A DNA stretch of 64,000 nucleotides. Source: Patescibacteria group bacterium. GTDB lineage: Bacteria; Patescibacteriota; Patescibacteriia; Patescibacteriales; UBA12465. The first letter of the stretch is position 1. Every line of letters begins with the position of its first letter. Of this stretch, positions 35,555 through 43,736 are shown in pieces. Where the stretch lies: positions 350,284 through 414,283 of the forward strand of contig JBMNFV010000001.1 in assembly GCA_050949505.1 (NCBI GenBank). Direction: 5' to 3'. Both the position numbers and the translations under genes were made by a program. The notes beneath the pieces were generated by a model, which was given only the letters and a program-made list of their open reading frames with translations, did not search any database and was not told the DNA's origin.

Positions 35555-35827
35555 TTAGCTCAGGCGACGGGGGGTACTCTTAGAGCCCACTCGCTTAGCT
35601 AAGGGGGCCTTAAGCTCTCCTTCTTTTAACTTCGGTTTTCGGGGAGTTTTAACGCGCTTAGGCTTATCTAAAGTCCTTAAACAGGCGGTGCAAATCAATA
35701 GATTAAGACCTTCTACGGTCTTAGTTTGAAGATTAATATTCTGCCGCTTAAGAGTTTTAATTTTAGAATGAGACCGAGACGCTCCCTTAGTGGCGCTTCG
35801 ACCACATAAGTCACATTTTTTAGCCAT
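35555..35827 (-). CDS. rpmB: 50S ribosomal protein L28 with basic C-terminal extension
   Basis: MAKKCDLCGRSATKGASRSHSKIKTLKRQNINLQ matches the L28 N-terminal consensus (MxxxCxxxGKxxxxGNxxSHxxxxTKR). Confidence 0.8.
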   Translation of the reverse strand: MAKKCDLCGRSATKGASRSHSKIKTLKRQNINLQTKTVEGLNLLICTACLRTLDKPKRVKTPRKPKLKEGELKAPLAKRVGSKSTPRRLS

Positions 35828-35938
35828 ATTTAATCAAAATTATTTTATTACTCAAACAATAGTCATACTCTAGCAACATTTTTAAAATTAATCAAGATAT
35901 GCTAAGATAGGGGAGCATAGTTTTTAAAGTTTATTATT

Positions 35939-36541
35939 ATGATACAGTTATTTTTAATTATCATCCTAGTACTCTCCGCCGTTATTCATGAATACCTACA
36001 TGGCTGGATGGCCTACCGTCTAGGTGACCCCACTGCCAAAAACGCTGGCCGCCTAACCCTTAACCCCCTAAAGCACTTGGAATGGTTTGGTTCAGTTATC
36101 TTGCCTTTAGTAATGGTGATTAGTCAGATGCCCTTTTTGTTTGCTTGGGCTAAGCCGGTCCCCTATAATCCGTACAATCTCCGTGATAAGAAGTATGGTG
36201 AAGCCAAGGTGGCGGTGGCGGGCGCCGTGGGAAACTTGATTATTGCGATAACTTTTGGACTATTAATTAGATTCTTTCCTGGTCATAATTTAGCCTTTCA
36301 GGGGTTTATTGGTTTAATAGTTTTTATTAACTTAATCTTAGCGGTCTTTAATTTAATGCCCATTCCGCCCCTAGATGGCTCTAAAGTTCTCGCTACCTTT
36401 TTGCCGGCTAAACTAAGGGTTAAGTACTTATCCTTAGAAAGATTTGGCTTCCTTCCCGTTATTTTATTTATCATGTTAGCTGGCCATCTAATGATCCCAA
36501 TAGTTAATTGGCTATTTATCCTAATTGTGGGATTTAATTAA
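35939..36541 (+). CDS. site-2 protease family (M50) membrane metalloprotease
   Basis: HEYLHGWMA (HExxH) in the first TM region and NLMPIPPLDGSKV (NxxPxxxLDG) second motif; 200 aa, polytopic. Confidence 0.8.
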   Translation: MIQLFLIIILVLSAVIHEYLHGWMAYRLGDPTAKNAGRLTLNPLKHLEWFGSVILPLVMVISQMPFLFAWAKPVPYNPYNLRDKKYGEAKVAVAGAVGNLIIAITFGLLIRFFPGHNLAFQGFIGLIVFINLILAVFNLMPIPPLDGSKVLATFLPAKLRVKYLSLERFGFLPVILFIMLAGHLMIPIVNWLFILIVGFN

Positions 36542-36611
36542 AGAGAGATTTTATCTTTAAAAATCTTTTAAATTAGAAAGAGTGTAGAGATAATTTATTA
36601 ATTCTTATTTT

Positions 36612-37808
36612 ATGGAAAAAAAGCTAGATGATCTTTTGAATAAACACAAGAAGGACGCAAATGCTCATACTAAAATAGCTGAACAAGGACCTAAAAAGGA
36701 AAATGATAATCCTAAGTTTGAGTCTGAGATTTTAACTAAGGTTCCTAATAAAGAGATAATAAAATCAATACCTGGAGAGCCAGAAACAGTTGGTTTAGCA
36801 AATATGCACTATGAATGGGTTAGAGAATTATTTGAGGCTGATAGGATGGTAGTTAGAGCATCAAAGTTGCACGATGAAGGGGGGATGAGTTTTGAAAAAT
36901 ATGCAGAAATAGCTAAAGAAGCTAAAGAAATTAAGAAGAGAATAGAAATGACTATTCAAGAATTTGCTAACAATTCGGTAAAATGGGGCTATAATTCAAG
37001 TCGGAAAACAGAGGGAAAGGCTAGGGGAGATTTAATAAGGGGTGTTGAGGCAGCTGTAGAGGTAGTTAAAGATATTCACTATAGTTTAGGTAAAAAAGAA
37101 GGCTTGTATTATCATAGCCGGCTAGATGCCTTAGATGGAATAGATTTTATAAAAATAACTCGGGACGAAAATAATAATATTAAAGAAGTGGACCTTATTC
37201 AAGTAAAGAGCTCTGAGCCGGAAGCCGACGATAGAGAGGAGATTAATAACAAGCTTCAAGAATTTTATGAAAACAGTGTTAAAAATTTATATAAAAATTG
37301 GGAAAATTTAGAAATTGAAAAAGCTAATATAAAAAAAGAGAATGAAAAGGTTCTAGGGAAAGAGTTTGTTCCGGAGCACTTATTTAATCTTTTAACTGAT
37401 CAAGATAAGATACTTGATTTAGATAAAATGGGGAAGAAAAAAATAATAGATGAAGACTGGAAAACTTTAAGAGCTCTTTCATTTGAGCTATTTCAAGAGC
37501 TAGATAGTCTAAGTGGTAAGATTCTTTTGGATAATATAACTGGGACGCTGGGAGTGGTTAGGGATGAATTTTCTGAGATAGTAGAAGAAGACTATTTAAT
37601 AGAAGTTTTAGACAAATTAATAATAGTGTTTAAAACGTCTTTTCCTGAGTATAGAAAGCTGCACCATGTTTCGGTAGGCAATCTTTTAACAGCAGAGAAT
37701 ATTAACAAGAAGTTAGCCTATCTTCAGGATGGAAAGGTAGTCTATGAAAATTTGGGGAAATTAAGTCCCAGGGATAAGGATGATAAGCAAGCTGCTTGGC
37801 TAAATTAG
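36612..37808 (+). CDS. hypothetical protein with PD-(D/E)xK (Mrr/NERD-like) nuclease-type signature and unknown helical C-terminal domain
   Basis: 398-aa ORF, conspicuously A/T- and K/E/N/I-rich. The segment RGVEAAVEVV...LDALDGIDFIKITRDENNNIKEVDLIQVKSS (D172, D175, D178, Q197-V-K199; nt 37125-37208) follows the E...D...(E/Q)xK order of restriction-endonuclease-like folds. The function is an inference only. Confidence 0.5.
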   Translation: MEKKLDDLLNKHKKDANAHTKIAEQGPKKENDNPKFESEILTKVPNKEIIKSIPGEPETVGLANMHYEWVRELFEADRMVVRASKLHDEGGMSFEKYAEIAKEAKEIKKRIEMTIQEFANNSVKWGYNSSRKTEGKARGDLIRGVEAAVEVVKDIHYSLGKKEGLYYHSRLDALDGIDFIKITRDENNNIKEVDLIQVKSSEPEADDREEINNKLQEFYENSVKNLYKNWENLEIEKANIKKENEKVLGKEFVPEHLFNLLTDQDKILDLDKMGKKKIIDEDWKTLRALSFELFQELDSLSGKILLDNITGTLGVVRDEFSEIVEEDYLIEVLDKLIIVFKTSFPEYRKLHHVSVGNLLTAENINKKLAYLQDGKVVYENLGKLSPRDKDDKQAAWLN

Positions 37809-37856
37809 GGTCAGAGGGAAGTTAATATTATAAATTTAATTTTTTAAAATAAAAAT

Positions 37857-38246
37857 ATGAAAGAATCAACCGCAGACTATTTAACCGCTGAAGATGTGGA
37901 GATCGACTCAATTGTAAAGGAGATGATCAGGCTTACCCCGATAAACTTTTCTCCAGATGATCAAATTATTTTAGAAATGAAGGAGGACCCCAAGGTGAGA
38001 GCCCTGGGCAAAATATATCAAGAAAAAAGACTTAACCTAGAGCCAGTAATTATCAAGGACGGAGCGGAAAGTTTTAAAGATTTGCTAATTTATTTTAAAA
38101 ACACCTACGCCTCACAAACAGAGTTAGTTAAAAAGCTAGAGGCCTTAATTCGGGAAAGGGGGATAAGTCCTAGGTTGATATATTGGCAAATAGAGATTAA
38201 TAATACGATGATCGCCGAACTGATGGTCGCCTCTGGGCTAACTTAA
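37857..38246 (+). CDS. hypothetical protein (129 aa), partner of the preceding ORF
   Basis: ORF 48 nt downstream of the 398-aa gene on the same strand. No recognisable motif. Confidence 0.5.
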   Translation: MKESTADYLTAEDVEIDSIVKEMIRLTPINFSPDDQIILEMKEDPKVRALGKIYQEKRLNLEPVIIKDGAESFKDLLIYFKNTYASQTELVKKLEALIRERGISPRLIYWQIEINNTMIAELMVASGLT

Positions 38247-38265
38247 AAAGATTCAGCCCGATATT

Positions 38266-38294
38266 CTTGACTTATCTTTTTTATTCTGATAAAT
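38266..38294 (+). promoter_or_regulatory. candidate promoter of the str operon
   Basis: TTGACT (38266-38271) followed at 17-18 nt by ATAAAT/TAAATT. The -10 match is weak. Confidence 0.35.
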
Positions 38295-38318
38295 TATATT
38301 AGTATAAAAAATTAAACT

Positions 38319-38385
38319 TATCCTGAGGTATCAGGATATTTTAGTGTATTAGGAAATTCTAAATAAGGTCCAGTGTTTTTGGACC
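38319..38385 (+). promoter_or_regulatory. rpsL 5' leader with two hairpins
   Basis: Hairpin 1: TATCCTGA (38319-38326) / TCAGGATA (38331-38338). Hairpin 2: GGTCCA (38367-38372) / TGGACC (38380-38385), 12 nt before ATG 38397. Confidence 0.35.
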
Positions 38386-38396
38386 GTAAAATCATT

Positions 38397-38813
38397 ATGC
38401 CTACAATTAATCAATTAGTCCGTAAGGGTCGAAAAAAAGCAGCTCCGCGCACCAAGTCAACGGCTTTGCATAGCACTTTAGATACTTTGCATCGTCGTCG
38501 TCGAGAGAGCGCTAAGGGAGCACCGTTCAAGCAGGGAGTTTGCTTGAAAGTTACTACCACCACTCCTAAGAAGCCAAACTCAGCTTTACGTAAAATTGCT
38601 AGAGTACGGTTATCTAATGGAATGGAAGTAACTGCCTATATTCCAGGAATGGGACATAACCTACAAGAGCACTCCATTGTGCTAGTTAAGGGTGGAAAAA
38701 CTAAAGACTTGCCTGGTGTTCGCTATAAGGTGGTTAGAGGTGTCTTTGACGCCTCTGGAGTAGAGGCTCGTCGTCAAGGCCGTAGTCGCTATGGCGCTAA
38801 AAAACCAAAATAA
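38397..38813 (+). CDS. rpsL: 30S ribosomal protein S12
   Basis: [46 protein letters not shown] 38397 chosen because homology starts there; the GTG 38373 of the ORF track lies inside a leader hairpin. Confidence 0.95.
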   Translation: MPTINQLVRKGRKKAAPRTKSTALHSTLDTLHRRRRESAKGAPFKQGVCLKVTTTTPKKPNSALRKIARVRLSNGMEVTAYIPGMGHNLQEHSIVLVKGGKTKDLPGVRYKVVRGVFDASGVEARRQGRSRYGAKKPK

Positions 38814-38828
38814 TAATTTAAATAATAT

Positions 38829-39314
38829 ATGAGAGGTAAACCAGCCCCCAAAAGAGCCATAGAAGGGGACACTAAATATGGCGATCAAAATATTGCTAAG
38901 TTCATTAATTATGTAATGGAGCGAGGCAAAAAGGCAACGGCGGAGTCAATTGTTTATGAGTCCTTTGAAATTCTTCGAGAAAAGACTAAGCAAGACCCCA
39001 GGCATATTTTTAATAAAGCTTTACGAAAAGTTTCTCCCCTAGTGGAAGTGAGAGGTAAGCGAGTGGGAGGAGCTAATTATCAAGTTCCTTTCCAAGTGAG
39101 AGGCGAGCGCCGCTATTTCCTAGGCTGCAATTGGTTAATTAAGGCAGCCACTGATCGCAGAGGACGCTCAATGGCCGAGAAGTTGGCCGCCGAAATTTTA
39201 GATGCCTCTAATGGCGAAGGAGCAGCAGTGAAGAAGCGAGAAGCGGTTCATAAAATGGCAGAGTCTAATAAGGCCTTTGCCCACTTTGCTCGTTCTAGAG
39301 CTAGAAAAAAATAA
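38829..39314 (+). CDS. rpsG: 30S ribosomal protein S7
   Basis: KFINYVMERGKKATAESIVY, VEVRGKRVGGANYQVP and the AFAHFAR C-terminus are typical of S7. Confidence 0.95.
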   Translation: MRGKPAPKRAIEGDTKYGDQNIAKFINYVMERGKKATAESIVYESFEILREKTKQDPRHIFNKALRKVSPLVEVRGKRVGGANYQVPFQVRGERRYFLGCNWLIKAATDRRGRSMAEKLAAEILDASNGEGAAVKKREAVHKMAESNKAFAHFARSRARKK

Positions 39315-39329
39315 TTATCAAATAATATT

Positions 39330-41411
39330 ATGTCTCGAGACTATTCTTTAGAACAGATTAGAAATATTGGCATTATGGCCCATATTGACGCTGGTAAAAC
39401 TACTTTTACCGAGCGAGTTTTGTTTTATACTGGTAAAAAGCATAAAATAGGGGAAACTCACGAAGGGGAGTCAGATATGGACTGGATGGAACAAGAAAAA
39501 GAGCGGGGAATTACCATTACTTCTGCGGCCACTACTTGTTTTTGGAAAAATAATAAAATTAATATCATTGATACCCCGGGTCACGTTGACTTTACTGTAG
39601 AAGTAGAGCGCTCTTTGCGGGTGCTGGACGGAGCAGTGGCCGTTTTTGATGCGCAGGCGGGAGTTGAGCCGCAGTCAGAAACAGTTTGGCGCCAAGCCGA
39701 TAAGTATCACGTTCCGCGACTTTGTTTTATTAACAAGATGGATAAGATGGGAGCAGATTTTCAGATGAGTCTGCAGTCTATTCGGGATCGCCTAAACCCT
39801 AAGGCAGTCGCTATTCAATTGCCAATTGGCGCTGAAGATAATTTAAAGGGAGTGATAGATATTTTAGAGAAAAAAGCCTATACCTTCTCAGGGTTTAATG
39901 GGGTGGAAATTAATGAAATCCCTATTCCAGAAGACCTAGTTGCCAAGGTGGAAGAAATGCACAATGAATTGGTTGAGCGAGCGGTAGAGAATGATGAAGT
40001 AGCAATGGAAAAATATCTTAACGGTGAAGAGGTGAGCTTAGAAGAGCTTAAAAAAGCCATTCGCCAAGGAACGATTAATAATGAACTATACCCAGTCCTT
40101 TGTGGAACTGCTTTGCAAAATATTGGCATCCAATTAGTCTTAGATGCCGTTAATAACTATCTCCCCTCACCCTTGGACCTGCCTAATATTGAGGCGATGG
40201 ATGTTAAGGATGAGGAAAAAAAGGTTGAAATTAGTGTTGATGATGACAAGCCCTTTGTTGGCTTAGCGTTTAAAATAGCGACTGACCCCTTTGTTGGCCG
40301 TCTATGCTTTGTTAGAGTCTACCAAGGAGTCTTGGCCTCAGGTTCATATATTATCAATTCTTCAACTGGTAACAAGGAGAGAATTGGTCGTTTAGTGAGA
40401 ATGCATGCTAATCACCGAGAGGAGATTAAGGAAATTAGAGCCGGAGATATTGCCGCTATTATTGGTCTAAAGAACACCACTACCGGAAATACCTTAAGTG
40501 CAGAAAGTGACCCAGTGTTATTAGAGTCCATCACTTTCCCTGAGCCCGTTATTAAAATTGCTGTTGAGCCTAAGACTAAGGCTGACCAGGAAAAGATGGG
40601 TGTTGCCTTGCAGCGCTTAGCAGAGGAAGACCCTACCTTTAGAGTGGAGACGGATGCTGAGACTAATCAAGTTCTAATCTCGGGAATGGGAGAATTACAC
40701 TTAGATGTGATTGTGGATCGAATGCGTCGAGAGTTTGACGTTGAGGCTAATGTGGGTAATCCTCAGGTCTCCTACCGAGAAACCATTACCGGCACCGCTG
40801 AGGCAGAGCATAAGTATGCCAAGCAGTCCGGTGGCCGAGGTCAATATGGTCATTGCTTCTTGCGAGTAGAACCTTTGGAAGCTGGGGTTGGTTTAGAATT
40901 CGTTGATGAGGTCAAGGGCGGAGTGATTCCTAAGGAATATATTCCGGCAATAGAAAAAGGTTTCAACGAGGCCGCTTTAAGTGGAGTCGTGGCTGGCTAT
41001 CCTATGGTGGATGTCCGAGCGGCCGTTTTCTACGGTTCTTATCACGAAGTGGACTCCTCAGAAATTGCCTTTAAGATGGCCGCGATTCATGCCTTTAAGG
41101 ATGCTTGTCGCTTAGCAGGAGCGGTCTTGTTAGAGCCGATTATGAAAGTGGAGGTCACCACTCCAGAAGAATATATGGGAAGCATTATTGGTGACTTAAA
41201 TAGTCGCCGAGGTCAGGTAGAGGAAATGACTGATCGGGCAAATATTAAATTAGTTAGAGCTAAGGTCCCCTTGGCTTCAATGTTTGGCTACGCCACAGAT
41301 TTGCGCTCCATGTCTCAGGGCCGAGCTAATTATGCGATGGAATTTTCCAATTACGCTGAAGTGCCCAAGAGTATCTTAGAAGAGATTAAGGAGAAGCAGG
41401 GAGTTAATTAA
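39330..41411 (+). CDS. fusA: elongation factor G
   Basis: G-domain motifs [22 protein letters not shown]; domains II-V collinear with EF-G; 693 aa. Confidence 0.95.
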   Translation: MSRDYSLEQIRNIGIMAHIDAGKTTFTERVLFYTGKKHKIGETHEGESDMDWMEQEKERGITITSAATTCFWKNNKINIIDTPGHVDFTVEVERSLRVLDGAVAVFDAQAGVEPQSETVWRQADKYHVPRLCFINKMDKMGADFQMSLQSIRDRLNPKAVAIQLPIGAEDNLKGVIDILEKKAYTFSGFNGVEINEIPIPEDLVAKVEEMHNELVERAVENDEVAMEKYLNGEEVSLEELKKAIRQGTINNELYPVLCGTALQNIGIQLVLDAVNNYLPSPLDLPNIEAMDVKDEEKKVEISVDDDKPFVGLAFKIATDPFVGRLCFVRVYQGVLASGSYIINSSTGNKERIGRLVRMHANHREEIKEIRAGDIAAIIGLKNTTTGNTLSAESDPVLLESITFPEPVIKIAVEPKTKADQEKMGVALQRLAEEDPTFRVETDAETNQVLISGMGELHLDVIVDRMRREFDVEANVGNPQVSYRETITGTAEAEHKYAKQSGGRGQYGHCFLRVEPLEAGVGLEFVDEVKGGVIPKEYIPAIEKGFNEAALSGVVAGYPMVDVRAAVFYGSYHEVDSSEIAFKMAAIHAFKDACRLAGAVLLEPIMKVEVTTPEEYMGSIIGDLNSRRGQVEEMTDRANIKLVRAKVPLASMFGYATDLRSMSQGRANYAMEFSNYAEVPKSILEEIKEKQGVN

Positions 41412-41446
41412 CTGGTGGGCAATAAATTTAGTTAACTAGAAATATT

Positions 41447-41830
41447 ATGTTTAGCGAACAATTAAAAAGAATTATTAGGCTAGTAACTAAGACGGGGGAT
41501 AAGGTAATCATTGCTGACTCACAAGGACAAGAATCACCACTAGTAGCTATGAGTTTAACTAGTTACGAAAAGATGTTGACTGCGGAAGAACAAGAGAAGG
41601 AAGTGGGGTCAGTGAGCTTAGCTGCGGAGCCAGAACCATTAACAGATTCTCAGGAAGAAATGGGTCAGGCCGATGGCTTGACAGAGGAAGATCTAACTGA
41701 TAAAATAAACCGTGAAATATCTGTGTGGAAAAATAATGACAACACAGAGTCTTCAGTTGCCGACGACCGACCAATCCCCGCCTGGAATATTCCCCCACAA
41801 GTCAAGAATAAGGCGCAAGAGGTCAATTAA
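41447..41830 (+). CDS. hypothetical acidic protein (127 aa) inserted between fusA and tuf
   Basis: N-terminal LVTKTGDKVIIADSQGQESPLVAMSLTSYEKML resembles the beta-strand/YE motif of Phd/YefM-type antitoxin folds (weak). The rest is D/E/T/S-rich. Confidence 0.5.
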   Translation: MFSEQLKRIIRLVTKTGDKVIIADSQGQESPLVAMSLTSYEKMLTAEEQEKEVGSVSLAAEPEPLTDSQEEMGQADGLTEEDLTDKINREISVWKNNDNTESSVADDRPIPAWNIPPQVKNKAQEVN

Positions 41831-41878
41831 AAAAGTTTAAAAATTTAAAAAATTTATTTATTAATTAATTAATCGTTT

Positions 41879-41921
41879 GGCTGGCTTCCTTCGGGAAAGA
41901 AACTCCGCTAGAGCGGGGGCC
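41879..41921 (+). promoter_or_regulatory. GC-rich two-hairpin element in the tuf 5' leader
   Basis: TTCC-UUCG-GGAA tetraloop hairpin (41886-41897) and CTCCGC-TAGA-GCGGGG hairpin (41903-41918), closed by GGC/GCC. The element is embedded in an otherwise A/T-only spacer, 15 nt before ATG 41936. Confidence 0.3.
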
Positions 41922-41935
41922 TTACATCAAATAAC

Positions 41936-43126
41936 ATGGCAGGAGAAAAATTTGAAAGATCAAAACCCCATGTGAACGTTGGTACTATTGGCCACGTTGA
42001 TCATGGAAAAACTACCCTAACCGCCGCAATGTTGGCAGTTTTCTCAGCGAAGGGAATGGTGGCTTCGCACAAAAACGTCAATGAAATTGACTCAGCTCCC
42101 GAGGAGAAGAATCGTGGTATTACGATTGCGACTACTCACGTTGAGTATGAGTCAGAGACGAGACACTATGCTCACGTTGACTGTCCTGGTCACGCTGATT
42201 ATGTCAAAAACATGATCACCGGAGCCGCTCAAATGGACGGAGCAATTTTGGTAGTGGCCGCTACTGACGGACCCATGCCTCAAACTAGAGAGCACATCTT
42301 GTTAGCTCGTCAGGTTGGTGTTCCTTATATCATTGTCTTCCTAAACAAGTGTGACATGGTTGAGGACCAAGAATTAATTGACCTAGTTGAAGAAGAGGTT
42401 AAGGATTTGTTAAAGAAATATGATTTCCCTGGAGATGAGACTCCAATTATCCGAGGATCAGCTCTTAAGGCTTTAGAGGGTCCTGATGGTCCAGATGCGG
42501 AACCATTAATGAAATTAATGGAAGCTTTGGATACCTATATCCCTGAGCCCACTCGTGATGTTGACCAACCTTTCTTGATGCCAATTGAGGACATTTTCTC
42601 AATTGAGGGTCGCGGAACCGTAGTTACTGGACGAATTGAGCGAGGAGTGGTTAATGTTGGTGATGAAGTGGAGATTGTTGGAATTAGAGATACTGCTAAA
42701 ACTACCGTAACCGGAGTGGAGATGTTTAACAAGCAATTAGACTCAGGTATGGCTGGTGATAATGCCGGAATTTTATTGCGAGGGACTAAGAAGGATGAGG
42801 TTGAGCGTGGTCAAGTGCTATGCAAACCCGGTTCAGTTACTCCTCACACCGAATTCTCAGCCGAGGTCTATATTCTAGTTAAAGAAGAAGGAGGACGACA
42901 CAAGCCATTCTTTAATGGTTACAAGCCTCAATTCTATTTCAAGACGACTGACGTAACTGGTGAGATTACTCTTCAGGCTGGTACTGAAATGGTTATCCCT
43001 GGCGATACCGCTAACTTAGACATTAAGTTAATTGCTCCAATTGCTCTAGAAGATAAGCAGCGATTTACCATCCGAGAGGGTGGCCGCACCGTGGGAGCAG
43101 GGGTAGTTACTAAAATTGTTAAATAA
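41936..43126 (+). CDS. tuf: elongation factor Tu
   Basis: [29 protein letters not shown]. Full-length 396 aa, highly conserved. Confidence 0.97.
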   Translation: MAGEKFERSKPHVNVGTIGHVDHGKTTLTAAMLAVFSAKGMVASHKNVNEIDSAPEEKNRGITIATTHVEYESETRHYAHVDCPGHADYVKNMITGAAQMDGAILVVAATDGPMPQTREHILLARQVGVPYIIVFLNKCDMVEDQELIDLVEEEVKDLLKKYDFPGDETPIIRGSALKALEGPDGPDAEPLMKLMEALDTYIPEPTRDVDQPFLMPIEDIFSIEGRGTVVTGRIERGVVNVGDEVEIVGIRDTAKTTVTGVEMFNKQLDSGMAGDNAGILLRGTKKDEVERGQVLCKPGSVTPHTEFSAEVYILVKEEGGRHKPFFNGYKPQFYFKTTDVTGEITLQAGTEMVIPGDTANLDIKLIAPIALEDKQRFTIREGGRTVGAGVVTKIVK

Positions 43127-43139
43127 GAAGTTGATACTT

Positions 43140-43178
43140 AGCCTTGTTCTTAACCCTTAAGGACAAGGCTTTAGTGTT
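43140..43178 (+). terminator. long hairpin after tuf (terminator/attenuator ahead of rpsJ)
   Basis: AGCCTTGTTCTTAA (43140-43153) pairs with TTAAGGACAAGGCT (43157-43170) with one mismatch and a 3-nt loop. The tail TTTAGTGTT is only a weak U-tract. Confidence 0.5.
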
Positions 43179-43200
43179 AATTTAATAGTCTAAATTAATT

Positions 43201-43536
43201 ATGTCCGACAATAAAAAAGAAACCGGTGAGTTTAAACAGCGCATCAGAATAAAAATTAAGGCCTTTGATCATAAGGTCATTGACCAGTCAACCAAGACGA
43301 TTATAGAAACGATAGAGCGATCTAGCGCGCAGTTTTTTGGACCTATTCCTTTGCCAACGGAAAAGAAAAAGTATACCATTAACCGTTCAACCTTTGTTCA
43401 TAAAGATGCTCGCGATCAGTATGAAATGAGAATTCACAAGAGAATGATTGATATTATTGACCCAACCGCTAAGACCATTGAGGACTTAACTGGTCTCAAC
43501 CTACCCGCTGGGGTTGACGTTGAGATAAAAATGTAG
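43201..43536 (+). CDS. rpsJ: 30S ribosomal protein S10
   Basis: [17 protein letters not shown]...GPIPLPT...[21 protein letters not shown] is typical of S10. Confidence 0.95.
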   Translation: MSDNKKETGEFKQRIRIKIKAFDHKVIDQSTKTIIETIERSSAQFFGPIPLPTEKKKYTINRSTFVHKDARDQYEMRIHKRMIDIIDPTAKTIEDLTGLNLPAGVDVEIKM

Positions 43537-43579
43537 TAGTTTAAGAAGAAAGTATTTTAAGTAGACTAAAATTTGTTAA

Positions 43580-43724
43580 AATAACTCTATCTAGAAAGTG
43601 TTTTAAGAGAGATTAGTCAAAATTAGGAGGTAAGCCACTTAAAAAATAGAATTAACTTAAATAACCAATAGAGTTATTAACTTGATTTATTTTTTAAAGC
43701 TGGTTTTAAACCGGTTTTTTGTTT
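43580..43724 (+). ncRNA. candidate structured RNA / attenuator in the rpsJ-rplC spacer
   Basis: 11-bp long-range stem AATAACTCTAT (43580-43590) / ATAGAGTTATT (43668-43678) encloses a nested AAGTG (43596-43600) / CACTT (43636-43640) pair and an unpaired AGGAGG (43625-43630). It is followed by the hairpin CTGG...CCGG (43700-43714) plus TTTTTTGTTT. No ORF on either strand. Confidence 0.35.
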
Positions 43725-43736
43725 AAATAGACAATT

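Noticed and set aside
38373-38396. Upstream GTG/TTG starts used by the ORF track for rpsL (38373), rpoA (30689), aspS (56827) and infA (29234).
   Set aside because: Homology to the respective families begins at the downstream ATGs (38397, 30731, 56833, 29240). The extra residues have no counterpart, and for rpsL they fall inside a leader hairpin.
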